Positions 40,262 through 50,846 of a stretch of 64,000 nucleotides of DNA are shown here, piece by piece. This stretch comes from a virus (taxonomy: Duplodnaviria; Caudoviricetes), in the IMG/VR virus record IMGVR_UViG_3300022660_000043. The stretch is one strand, 5' to 3'. Each line of letters begins with the position of its first letter. Within the stretch, counting starts at the first letter, position 1. The translations under genes were made by a program, and so were the position numbers. The notes under the pieces are model-generated. The model was not told where the DNA came from, made no database searches, and worked only from the letters and a program-made list of their open reading frames with translations.

Positions 40262-41984
40262 TATATGTAAATCTCCTAAAAATAATTTTCTCTAAAAATA
40301 ATTAGCTCGCGCGTGCGCATTCAGATCTGAAGCTATATATAATAGCTTTAAGCTTAAAGCTATATATTAAAGCTTTAAAATATATACTTAAAATATTTAT
40401 ATAGAATATATATTTTGGGCTTTTGAAAATGCTTCAAAATGCTGTATAATAAAAATGTGAGTTCAGCCTACTACTCAGAAGTCTGACGACTTCTGAAAAC
40501 AGTTCATTTTCAGTTTACTTGTTTTTCAGTTGGACTTAACTTCCGGCTGGAGCCGGAAGTAATACCCTCTCCCCCAACCCCCTCTCCCTCTTACGAGGTC
40601 AAGGAAGGCAGGGAGCATAGAAAGAAATAATTGAAAATGAACAATCCAGAGAACTCGCAGTCTCTATTATATTATACAATATGCACAACCATAGATTAAC
40701 AATTTTATATAAATTATTTAATTTTATTTAATTTAATTTCCGGCCACGGAGGTCAGTAATTAAATTTTTTTATTGAGCCAAATTGTTAAAAATTTATCAG
40801 TCTTGAATAAAAGCAAGGACTCGCTCCAGAGGCCGTTTAAAGGCCCTCAGGCGAGTTTTCTTTTTTAGGCTACCAAGTATTAGCCCCTCTCGACTTCGTG
40901 CGAATTTGGCTAGAAATTTTGAGCCACACAAAGTTCTGGGCCTTAGGCTAGACCTGTCTGGCTTCCCTCCCTTTGGCCCCGGGAAATTGTAAACATTTTG
41001 TAAATTTTTGGAGAGGGCCTTAAGGGGAAGCCAGACAGGAGAGGGAGACTGGTCCTCCTAAGCCCTAGGCTGAAAACAGATTGTTTTGACTTCCGGTCGC
41101 GGGGTGAAAACATTTTCTTTTGGCTTTGGCCCTAGAATGAAAACACTTTATTTTCAGAAGCCAAAAATGAAAACGCCTTAAAATCGAAAACGATCTTTTT
41201 TCGCCGGCTATGAAAAAATGAAAATAGTCTAAAATCGAAAACATTTCTTTTTCGGTGCATGTAGAAAAAAGAGAAAAAATGAAAACTCCCCATTTTCAAA
41301 ATGATCTGTTTTCACCTTAAGCCAAAAACCAAAATATTTCTTTTTCAGCCTATATTCTAAACCCAGGTCCCTCTCCACCTCATTATTCAGTATATAAAGC
41401 CTCGGAGATGAAGCGCGAGGGCCTGAGGAGGGGCCCGAGCCTCTCTAAGCTACATATAGTAGCCATGGCTCTCTGCTTCACTGTATGCCGCGCCTTGAGG
41501 CCTCTCCTTCTGCCTTCCCCTCCCTCTCGCCCTAAAGCAAAATGAAGTTTTGAGTTCTTGAAACTGCAGAAAAGGCTTCAAATACTCGCTTTTTCCTATA
41601 GCCTAAACTAAGTTTTTTGCAGTTTTTGATTTTGAAAACTTCGTTTTAGATAAAAGAAAAGCCCCGACTATTGCCGGAGCCCTCATAAAAAGAAGAAGCC
41701 CGGGGGGAAGCCCACCTCGGACGCTGCGCCAAAAACTAACCGGCGACTTACGCCGTGCACTTCGGCCAGTTTTTTGCTGTCTTCATTTATTTTAGCTAAT
41801 ATTTTTTAATAAGTTATTAAACTATTAATTTAATAGCTGGTACCCAGAGCGGGAAGAAAGGAAAAGAGAGAATACGGCTTTGAGGATAAGGCTTTAAGGC
41901 TTTAGTTTCTGGGAAGTACTTTGTATATAAAGAAAAAGAACAATACAGGTTTTTGAGGCCGGTATTGTTCTTTATAATATTCTT
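40262..41984. other. 1.7 kb non-coding region; candidate replication origin or packaging region
   Basis: No ORFs of 60 aa or more; AT-rich palindromes, GC-rich hairpins, 17-bp palindromic repeats. Confidence 0.6.
41072..41346. repeat. array of SAAAA-N7-TTTTS palindromic sites (8 copies)
   Basis: Starts at 41072, 41106, 41139, 41186, 41237, 41281, 41297, 41330; outliers at 40495 and 34333. Confidence 0.8.
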
Positions 41985-42374
41985 TTACTTATTCACATCG
42001 AAGTCAGGAAGTGCAGTATAGAAGTGAACCTTATAGTGGAAGGGATCTGTTGAAGTGCCGGTAATATCTTCTACTACATAAATAACGTATTCATTGAGGT
42101 AGATATAATTCTTTTTATATTCATTTTCACCGGTCTTACAAGTAACTACAAGCTCGTTGGTAGTATTATTAGAAAGACTCATGTATCCTTCCATTTCCAT
42201 AACAATCAGGTCCGTACGTGCGTTGTAGACTGTAATCTTTCTTAGGCATTCAAAGTTATCTGCGGCCTGAGAGAGATTGTGGTTTACATTATCTGCTGCT
42301 GTACAGGAAGCGAGGCTAAAGCAACAGGTTCCGAGGATGATAATACAGAGAATCAATGCAAAAAGTTTTTTCAT
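41985..42374 (-). CDS. lipoprotein
   Basis: MKK + hydrophobic signal peptide + lipobox LASC; NLSQAADNF...R.ITVYNARTD. Confidence 0.8.
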   Translation of the reverse strand: MKKLFALILCIIILGTCCFSLASCTAADNVNHNLSQAADNFECLRKITVYNARTDLIVMEMEGYMSLSNNTTNELVVTCKTGENEYKKNYIYLNEYVIYVVEDITGTSTDPFHYKVHFYTALPDFDVNK

Positions 42375-42551
42375 TTTTTAATATCCTTTCATGATTAAGT
42401 ATTTTTAAGATAGGGATCTTAAGTTAAGATTTTGGGTATACAGGTTATCGAGATCTAGTCTCATTTGAAGGTATCTGGTCTCTAGATCTTTTTCTGTTTT
42501 ACATTCTTTGAAAATATCGTCTACTAAAGACATGAAGTCGTATCTATCCAT

Positions 42552-42770
42552 TTATTTCTCCTTTATATCTTTTCCGCAGTCTTGAGAGATATATCTACTT
42601 TCGCCTTTAATTACCATGGGTTTTCCTTCATATTCAAGAAGGAGTTGATTTATATCATAGCAGCTTTCGAAGTATATACATTTAGGGCAGAAGTCGAATT
42701 GTATAATAAGAGTGAGGTCAGTCTCTTTGAAGGGTTTGTATTCTACGTTTTGTTTACATTTATTTATCAT
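42552..42770 (-). CDS. hypothetical Cys-containing protein
   Basis: AAGGAG RBS; class-2 promoter 42792-42805. Confidence 0.65.
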   Translation of the reverse strand: MINKCKQNVEYKPFKETDLTLIIQFDFCPKCIYFESCYDINQLLLEYEGKPMVIKGESRYISQDCGKDIKEK

Positions 42771-42877
42771 TTATTTTCTCTCCTTTATTTCTATAATATT
42801 ATACATTATAGAGTATCCTAAAATTAAGGTGGGCAAAAGAAAAAGCCCAAGGTTTTTAGATCTTGGACTTTTGGTTA

Positions 42878-43393
42878 TTAAATAAAGTCTGATGCTTGAG
42901 CTGAGAGGTGGAGAACTGTACAAGCGTTTATAAAGTTATTTTCTGCTTGATCAATTTCATTGGGATTAAGGTTTAGTAGATTTTGTTTTTTTCTTTTATT
43001 CCATTCTTGGATCATGAGATCTATATCTTGTTGCTGGAACTTAAGGTGTTCAATGAAGTCATCTATATCATCTCCTGCTGCGTCGTCATATAAGCCGATG
43101 AGAATAAATTTATCTATGAAGCCTTTTGGCAATTTAATCCATTCTTCTAAACAGTCTGAACATAATTTATGGCCATTTTGTAAGATATAAGGTTCGCTGA
43201 AAAAATTAGATGTATTCACAATATTTTCCACTACACACCCACAGCCTTCACAAGAATCTTGGTCATCTAGTTGATGAAGCGGCCATCCACCTGTATTGCC
43301 TGTTAAAGTTATTTTTTTCTTATTAGAATCTAGCCATTCAGTGAGGCTACCCCACATAGTTTCATATTCTTTAAACTCTTCATATAATTTCAT
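42878..43393 (-). CDS. probable capsid-internal protein
   Basis: N-terminal MKLYEEFKEYE...LTE resembles the T4 internal-protein targeting sequence and gp21 cleavage site; lies in a late-promoter operon. Confidence 0.55.
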   Translation of the reverse strand: MKLYEEFKEYETMWGSLTEWLDSNKKKITLTGNTGGWPLHQLDDQDSCEGCGCVVENIVNTSNFFSEPYILQNGHKLCSDCLEEWIKLPKGFIDKFILIGLYDDAAGDDIDDFIEHLKFQQQDIDLMIQEWNKRKKQNLLNLNPNEIDQAENNFINACTVLHLSAQASDFI

Positions 43394-43443
43394 TTTCTTT
43401 TTACTCCGACTAACTGATCCGCCAGCTATTAACAGTAATACTA

Positions 43444-44059
43444 TTAAGCAGGCATTTTACCGTATTCTAATTTACCGTTATCATCCAGATAATATTCATC
43501 GTATTCTGGTTCGCCCTCCTGGATGATATTAATTCCTTTAGCTTTGAGAGAATCTAGAATACTCATGAAATTATTTAATCTGAGGTCATAAGTTTCATCT
43601 TCATTACCTTGTTCGTCATAAGTAGCGTCAGCAATACGATCTCCATCCTTGCTTCTTACTACTGCAATATGTTCCCAGTTGATATGAACAGCTGTAACGT
43701 AATCAGAAACATTTTCTATATTCTTATAAATTCTTTCTTCTGATTCACCGGGAGAATCAAAGTCATCTTCATACTCATCGAATAATTCTAGCTCATATCC
43801 TGCAGCGAGAAGTTTTTCTCTGCTGAATTGAATCCCACAGGGGTAGCCATAGATTTTATAATTTTCATCAGTGGTTAAACAAACAGCCTTTAGATGAACA
43901 TCTGCTTTTAGAGTGTTTTCTGTAAAGATCTGAACTAAGGGTGTTGGGTTAGTCCAATGGTAAAGAATATCTTGATCACTTATAATTCTTTTTGCTTCAT
44001 TAATCTCTGAAAGCTAGCTCATCATATACTTTATTAAAATCTGAATTTAAATTCATCAC
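43444..44059 (-). pseudogene. ADP-ribosyltransferase-like gene disrupted by a 4-bp AGCT duplication (44012-44019)
   Basis: Manual translation: MMNLNSDFNKVYDE/LSEINEA..ILYHWT..AVCLTTD..GESEERI..; AAGGAG RBS; late motif at 44086-44096; absent from ORF track. Confidence 0.7.
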
Positions 44060-44132
44060 TGGTAAATCTCCTTTTTAAGATCTACATAATTTAGCAAAAA
44101 GAAAAGACCTGAGGTTAATCAGGTCTTAAGTT

Positions 44133-44888
44133 TTACCATTTAAGAGTTATTGAATATATATCATGGTCTGGGAACTCCTGGTGGCCAAAGGCCATATCAT
44201 AAGCTTTGAAGCCAAGTGCAATAAAAGCTTCTGCAAATAGCTCTACATAATGTTGAGGAGAACATCCTTTCGGAATAAAGGTAGAATATTCAGCACCTCG
44301 ATTATTACCAAGAGCTATACAAGACCCAGGTTGAGGAGCAAAAAGATACAAAGTAAACTTTCTGGCATTATAGTGGTCATTCATAATTTCTTTGATTGAT
44401 TCAATATGATTTTGAATATCCTCAAGAGTCAATGAACGTTCCGCTTTTTCTATAAGCTTGTCTTTAAAAGTTTTAGGTCGAGCCTGCTTGATATGTTTAA
44501 GCTCGAGTAAACTATTATTTACTACGTTACTGACATAAGTTTGCATCACTAAATCAGGGTCTTCCTTTGTATACCAAGAGAGCACTTGCTCTGTTGCCCA
44601 AAGTACTTGCTGGTCAGGATAGTCATTGATGCCCAAGAAAGTTAAAAAATCTCCTTTTACAATCTCTGTAGACTTATCATTGACTTGAATAGGTGTACCA
44701 TTACTTAGAATATAAGTAATAGCGGAAAGAAGCTTTCTGAAAATATAATCTCTACTTTTAACTTTTCTTAAATCCTCTACCCAATTTTTAAGCAGCTCCA
44801 TTTCCAAATCCATTTTAGTGGGCTCTGACTTTGGAATATTCCCAGCTACATCTAAAGTTTCAGTTTTAAATATTTTTTTAAAATTCAT
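44133..44888 (-). CDS. hypothetical protein (~251 aa)
   Basis: GGAG RBS before MNFKK. Confidence 0.8.
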   Translation of the reverse strand: MNFKKIFKTETLDVAGNIPKSEPTKMDLEMELLKNWVEDLRKVKSRDYIFRKLLSAITYILSNGTPIQVNDKSTEIVKGDFLTFLGINDYPDQQVLWATEQVLSWYTKEDPDLVMQTYVSNVVNNSLLELKHIKQARPKTFKDKLIEKAERSLTLEDIQNHIESIKEIMNDHYNARKFTLYLFAPQPGSCIALGNNRGAEYSTFIPKGCSPQHYVELFAEAFIALGFKAYDMAFGHQEFPDHDIYSITLKW

Positions 44889-45051
44889 TATTAGTATTCT
44901 CCACAAATATATCTTAGTACGTCAAGTACATCAATTAAGAACTGTCTTTGTGCTGCATGATTGTCATAAAAGTCATCAGCGTACTCTTGCGCTAAATAAG
45001 AAAGTTCACTTTCAATTCTTGTTTTAATATTTCCGTCTCCAAAACTACTCA

Positions 45052-48000
45052 TCAGTTTTCTCCTTCTTCTAAAATTTCATTGAGGCAAGCATTATAACCA
45101 TCTTCGAATTCCCAAGTATAATCTCGGTCATGAGGCTTTTTCTTTTCTTCTTCTATATTGTAATGCCCCGGCAAAGACTTAAGAGGACACCACTTTTGGC
45201 GAAAGGTATCTGGGTATGGGTAATCGATAGTTCTATTATTTAAACCTCTACAACACATATCATTATAGTGATTCTCAAACAGTGAGCACTCAGAGCAGGA
45301 TTTTATACTATCCAAAATTAAAACTGCTTTACTCATTTATTTTCCTCCAGCCATTTCAGCATATCTTCATAGAGCTTGCCGGTTACATCAAGTCTAGCTC
45401 CCCACCAACCAATAGAGAACCAACCACCGTCTGTAGTACGAACGAAGTAAGAAGGATCTTCTTCATCTTCAAATTCTGTTTTAATGAAGTAGTCAGTCTC
45501 CTTGTCATAAAGCCAGTAGCATTCCTCTACGTTCTTTTTCCAAGATTCAACAAGCCAAGGTTCAGCAATCTCAAAAGGAATGACCTCAAGTACTTTTGTA
45601 ATAGCATGACGACTAGGGCTGATTTTACCGTCGTCAAAGGTGTGATATTCTTTATTTGCTTCTGGTACCATCTGCTTATCATAAGGTGTAAGGTTGATTA
45701 CTGTTACAGTTCCCATTAGTTTTTCTCCTTTCTCATCTTTGCTCCGCATTCTGAGCAGTATTTACAAGTATCCCAATCCCAATGTCCACAAAGTGAACAA
45801 GTAGAGTCTCCGTCTTTTTCTGAGCACTCTGCTTTAATCCAGGTCCCGGTTCTGGAAGTAATATCAGGAACTTGTTCTCGCGGTAGCTGAGTATAAGAAA
45901 CAAGTTCATCAATAAGTTCCTTCAGGCTTTCAACTCTGTTGCATCCATCATAGTCATGTCCGATAGCCCAGATCAAATGACGACGATTATTGAGATCTGC
46001 AACCTCTTTCTTGAGCTCATCAATATCAGCTTCAACTACTGGAACCTTTTCCAAGTAATCAATCATCTGACAGATAGTATCATTATCGCTCATAGACCAG
46101 GTACGATCCTCCAGAGCTTTATCCAAAGCTTTAAGTGCGGCTTCACGTACAATATATTCTTTAGTCATAGATTACTCCTCCAACAAAGCTTTACTTTGAT
46201 CAAGTTCTTTAAGTATAAGATTAGCCTTCTTTATAGTAGACTGAAGCTGTGGAGATATATACTCTCCCGGTTCACAGGCAGCCACCAAATCTTCTGCTGA
46301 AACAGTCGCTTTTCTTAGAAGCTCTATAAGTTCAGTTAGTGTCTTATCTTCCATAGTTAGTAACCTCAGTTAAATGCTGGCTCATAGTTTCGTGGAAGTA
46401 GCTTACAAGTATATTCTACTTTTCCACACTTTTTGCAGGTTCTACTCCAACGAGCCTTTGTTTCTTCTTTCCAGCCACAGATAACAGAAAAGCAGTCTAC
46501 CCCTTGCCAGCGTTCCTCAAATTCAGGAAGTCTCTGAATCTCTGGGTCATATTTTGCTGTACTCCATTCATGAGCGCAGCCTGCTTGCTCTCTTTTAAGG
46601 TCAGCAAGCTTTGTTTCATATTCATACTTAAGTTGTTCTTCTCTAGTCATATTAAATCCTCCCGGTTACTGAGTAATACAAATATCATAGGCAGTCCAGT
46701 AGTAAGTTGCTTCACCATTTTCCCATTGTTCTTTGAGCTCATACTGAATAGAGACCTTAGGATCTCCCCAGTCTTCCATCTCAACTGTAGGTGCAAACTT
46801 TCTCCAGAGTCTGAGGACCTCTTCTTGAATCTGCTTATGTTCCTTAGAACCTTTTTTGAAGTGGTTGTCAGGATTCATGAGATGATAACGAGTTTCCTCC
46901 AATGCTTTTTCTGCATCCCAAGCTTTATTAAGAGCTTCACAATAAGCTTCAACCGAATCAAAGTTGTCTCGCTCAATTTCATAGGACTTATGTTCAGGAG
47001 TAAACATTACATTTCTCAAACCCTTGCAGAAATCTTCAAAATAGTTTGTGATATCATTGTCTCCGAAGCTCAGTCTAATAATCATTATAATTCCTCCATA
47101 AAATATTCTATAATATTATACGATATATAAAAAAGAGAAGTAAGACTTTTAATCCAACTTCTCTTTTTATTTTTAAATAAATTTATCAGCCGCAGAGTAG
47201 TCTATAGCTTTGCCGCATTCGGGGCAGGTAGTTCTGAACCAACCAACAAACTTTCCTATCTTTGGAAAGCCAATCAAGTCGCCAACTGCACGGTTACAAG
47301 GGTAAGGACACCAGACAACGCCTTTCATGGTGCCTTTTCCGTATAAAGGCTTAACTTCTCCTGTATATTTAGTTAGCTCAGAGAAATCAGTGTAGTCTTT
47401 AAACTCAAGTCTCATTTACAGGCTCAACCTCCGACTTCTTGTCAAATAGCATTACCTTATAGGTAGAGAGATCTACAGCAGCCACAAAGCTCTGGAGTTT
47501 ATCTCCGAATACAAAACATTTAGAGACTTCCATGTCTACGAGCATATAAGTGTTCTCATCATCCTTGCGCTTGAATTTCATACCCGGAATAAGATTGCCA
47601 AGAGTTCTAACTCCAGCATGCTCGGGATGAGTATTATAATACTTATTGATGCTATTAAATAGTCTTATATTTTCTCGCTCAAGAGTCTTCATAATTCGAG
47701 AGGCACCGAAGTAAGTACCTCTATAGAGAGTTCCACCTTCATGAGGCCAATCGTCTCCGATAACAAGTTCACCATTTTCGATAAAGGCATAATAACCGTA
47801 GTCTCTTCCTGCTCTGCTTCCTGCAAAAGTATGAGTAATCGACATTTTAAAATCCTCCCTAGTTTTTCATTGTATTATATTATACGACTTTTGAAAATAC
47901 AAATTAAGACTTTTGTTGAAATTTGGGACAAGTCTTTTTGCATTCCTCTGTCCACCAAGTAAAATCGAGAGCAGCTTCATTGGCTGAGTTACTCTGGTCT

Positions 48001-49867
48001 AGGAGCTCTCTTGCTTTCTGTTTTCCTTTTTCACACTTTTCATAGCAGTAATTACTGTCTATCATTTCCTCTTCTTTCTTTGCAATAAAATAACATCTTC
48101 TGTTATCTAAGCATTTTTTAATATACCACTCTCGTGCCGGTAAGACCATCTGAGCACAAAGGGCGTTGCGACAGTTATCACAGATTTTTTCCATTTTCTT
48201 CCTCCAATGTAATATGAGCAAGTGGGAGTAATTGCTTTAAGACCTGAATAATATCATAGCCGGTTAGTAGAGCATCGTCTTCAAAATATTGAGTACCTGT
48301 TTGAGTTCTAAATTCTTTATTTAATCTACGAACTTCTGGAGCAAGAAATTTAAGAAGCTTTTCCATTTTCTTCCTCCTCAAAATAAGCACCACAATTTCG
48401 ACAAAAGTGATCTTCTCTTTCTATTCCGTCGTGACCACAGACACTACAAAAATATTCTAGGACATCAGGTTTGGTATCATACTCGATTTCATCGTGACTC
48501 AGAAGAGCAGGTCTCTTCTTTGCTTTAGGCAGACGATTAATTAAGTACAATGCTATCTCAAGGCCATTAAGCTGTCCTTCATAATAACTATAGGATCCAA
48601 GTGTTTTATCTTTTAACTCATTTCCGAGCCGACAAGTTTCATGTGCAAGAACATGAAGAGTCTCAATAAGACCTGGGAGTTTAAGAACATCCATACATTC
48701 TTTAGTGAGAAGCTCCTTAGCTTTATCTATGGTAATTTCATACTCAGCCATTTCTGTGTGCCTCCCTAAATAGTTTAATTTCTTTTAGCTGCTGTAGTTT
48801 AGTGGTGAGATATTCCTCGTCTCTAAGAAGTTCACTACAATATTCACAAAGATATTCTTGCTCAGCTTGGCCATTAACAACAGGACAATCGGGATCATTA
48901 TATTTGCAGCCATGCCATTTACAGCAATGACTTGTGTGTACTCCAATATTCATTACTTGTCCTCCGCGTTAGTCCAACCACAGGAAAGACAGGAACAAGT
49001 ATCAGTTTCAGGTACCCATTTAATCTTAGTAGCTTCCATACAATTAGGACAGGTGCCAATACGGCCTCTCGGTCCTTTAGGATCTTTGTGCCCTTTAATC
49101 TTGCCAAGCTCTTCTGCAATACGGATAACTTCTTCATAGGTATAGAAACGCTCGTGCGCACCCTCACCCCAACGCTCATTAAGATTCCACCAAGTAACAG
49201 CGAAGCGAGTAGTGCCATAGCAATAAATCTTATCTATATAGTCTCTTACCATAAGATCTGCTTTTTCAAGAGATTCTGCAATACCTACGATCTCTTCATC
49301 ATCGTCATATCTGTTATGGGCTTTTACCATATAAACTTTTGTCATTTAATTTACCTTTACCTTTCCGAGCAACATGATATTCATGATTACTACATTCTTA
49401 AAATTATTTCTATCTTTAATTACCTGAAGAATATCGTTAAAGTCCTCCAGAGTAGTAATCTTTCTTTTACGCGTCATTTGTGCACAGCCTTGTCCGCCTT
49501 CATGACAAAAGGCAATAGCATAAAGATACTGTTTCTTTTTCATACTTCCTCCTTATTTTACACTTACTTCGAAGTTTTCAAGAATTTTAGATTTGGAAAC
49601 ATAAAAATTCGCTACAGAGAGAATATCTTCTTTCTTTCCCTTAAGGATCACTGTTGCTTTAGGTCCGTCCATTTCAGAAATATAACATTTGATAAGTCTT
49701 TTAGTCTGACCTTTTTCTTTAAGCTTTTCATTTACACCTTCGACATATTCGACGATCTTTGCAGCCCAAGGCCCAGGGTTATGATAAGAATAAATACCAA
49801 ATGCAATACCTTTGGCTGATGTGTCCCATTCTTTACGTGCTTCTATAGTGATTTTAACTTTAGCCAT
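45052..49867 (-). other. run of ~15 small hypothetical genes, many with Zn-ribbon CxxC pairs (e.g. 45716-46168, 46366-46650, 47173-47415, 48350-48751, 48744-48953, 48953-49345)
   Basis: Packed RBS-led ORFs under class-2 promoters at 47109, 47873, 49892. Confidence 0.8.
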
Positions 49868-49891
49868 ATTCTACCTCCTAACATAAGTATA

Positions 49892-49944
49892 CATTATATA
49901 ATACAACTTAAAACAACTTAATCTTAATATATCTGCTAAATTAT
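49892..49944. promoter_or_regulatory. divergent promoters at the strand switch: class 2 (minus, 49892-49905) and class 3/late (plus, 49934-49944)
   Basis: TGTATTATATAATG on minus; TGCTAAATTAT on plus. Confidence 0.75.
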
Positions 49945-49984
49945 TCAGACACTCTAAATACTAAAAAACACGGAGGTAAAACTC

Positions 49985-50542
49985 ATGACAGAGACTACAC
50001 CAAACACTCAAGATGTTGTCAATGCTACAGAAATGGTAGCAGAGAAAGCAGTAGAGCAGGTATCTAGTCAAATGCCCACTATGACCGTTGCTGAGTGTCA
50101 AGTGGAGACCCAGAAACATATTGAGGCTGTAAGAAAGTATATAAGATTTATGATTGATAAAATAGATCTTAGAGGAGTAAAGCATGATGCCTCAAAGCTT
50201 GAGACACCAGAGGTAGAGCTTTTTGCAGAATATACACCTAAGTTAGCTGGTTTAACTTATGGCTCAGAAGAATATAAAGCTTCTCTTGAAGCTTTGAAGC
50301 CAGCTCTTGATCATCATTATGCTACCAACCGCCATCATCCAGAGCATTTTAATAATGGAATTAATGATATGACGCTTGTCGATCTTATGGAGATGTTTTG
50401 TGATTGGAAAGCTAGCACACTCAGACATAACGATGGTAACTTATTAAAGAGTATCGAGATTAATGCTGAGCGCTTTAATATGGACGGACAATTAAAACAG
50501 ATTTTGATGAATACCGCTAGAATGCTAGATGAGCAAGAATAA
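49985..50542 (+). CDS. DUF5662-like HD-related protein
   Basis: HDASK...ALDHHY..NRHHPEH...EMFCDWKA. Confidence 0.75.
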   Translation: MTETTPNTQDVVNATEMVAEKAVEQVSSQMPTMTVAECQVETQKHIEAVRKYIRFMIDKIDLRGVKHDASKLETPEVELFAEYTPKLAGLTYGSEEYKASLEALKPALDHHYATNRHHPEHFNNGINDMTLVDLMEMFCDWKASTLRHNDGNLLKSIEINAERFNMDGQLKQILMNTARMLDEQE

Positions 50543-50547
50543 GGATT

Positions 50548-50572
50548 GGCAACTTCGGTTGCCTTTCTTTTT
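50548..50572 (+). terminator. intrinsic terminator
   Basis: GGCAAC-TTCG-GTTGCC-TTTCTTTT. Confidence 0.85.
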
Positions 50573-50610
50573 CACAAAAATAAATTTAATAAATCTATTT
50601 TAAGAATATT

Positions 50611-50621
50611 TGCTAAATTAT
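50611..50621 (+). promoter_or_regulatory. class-3 (late) promoter of the tail operon
   Basis: TGCTAAATTAT. Confidence 0.75.
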
Positions 50622-50664
50622 TTGAGGTTACAGTGAATGTAATCGAGAAAGGACTATCAACAAA

Positions 50665-50832
50665 ATGGGTAGAAAAAAAGTCGATAGAAGTGATAAGGTA
50701 ATGCAAACTTTTGAGACTACTAGACCTCTGAAGGTTAGACTTGAAGAGCTTGCGGCAAAAAAGGGTATTACAGTATCAGCCTTAATTCGAGAAATATTAG
50801 AAAAGCATTTTGAAGACAGAATTGAAATTTGA
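50665..50832 (+). CDS. ribbon-helix-helix (CopG/Arc-like) protein, 55 aa
   Basis: Manual translation MGRKKVDRSDKVMQTFETTRPLKVRLEELAAKKGITVSALIREILEKHF; GAAAGGA RBS. Confidence 0.8.
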   Translation: MGRKKVDRSDKVMQTFETTRPLKVRLEELAAKKGITVSALIREILEKHFEDRIEI

Positions 50833-50846
50833 AAGGAAAATTTATT

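Noticed and set aside
40565-40590. G-quadruplex as a stand-alone feature
   Set aside because: The G-tracts can pair with the adjacent C/T-rich arm in a GUAA-capped stem; mentioned only within the origin hypothesis
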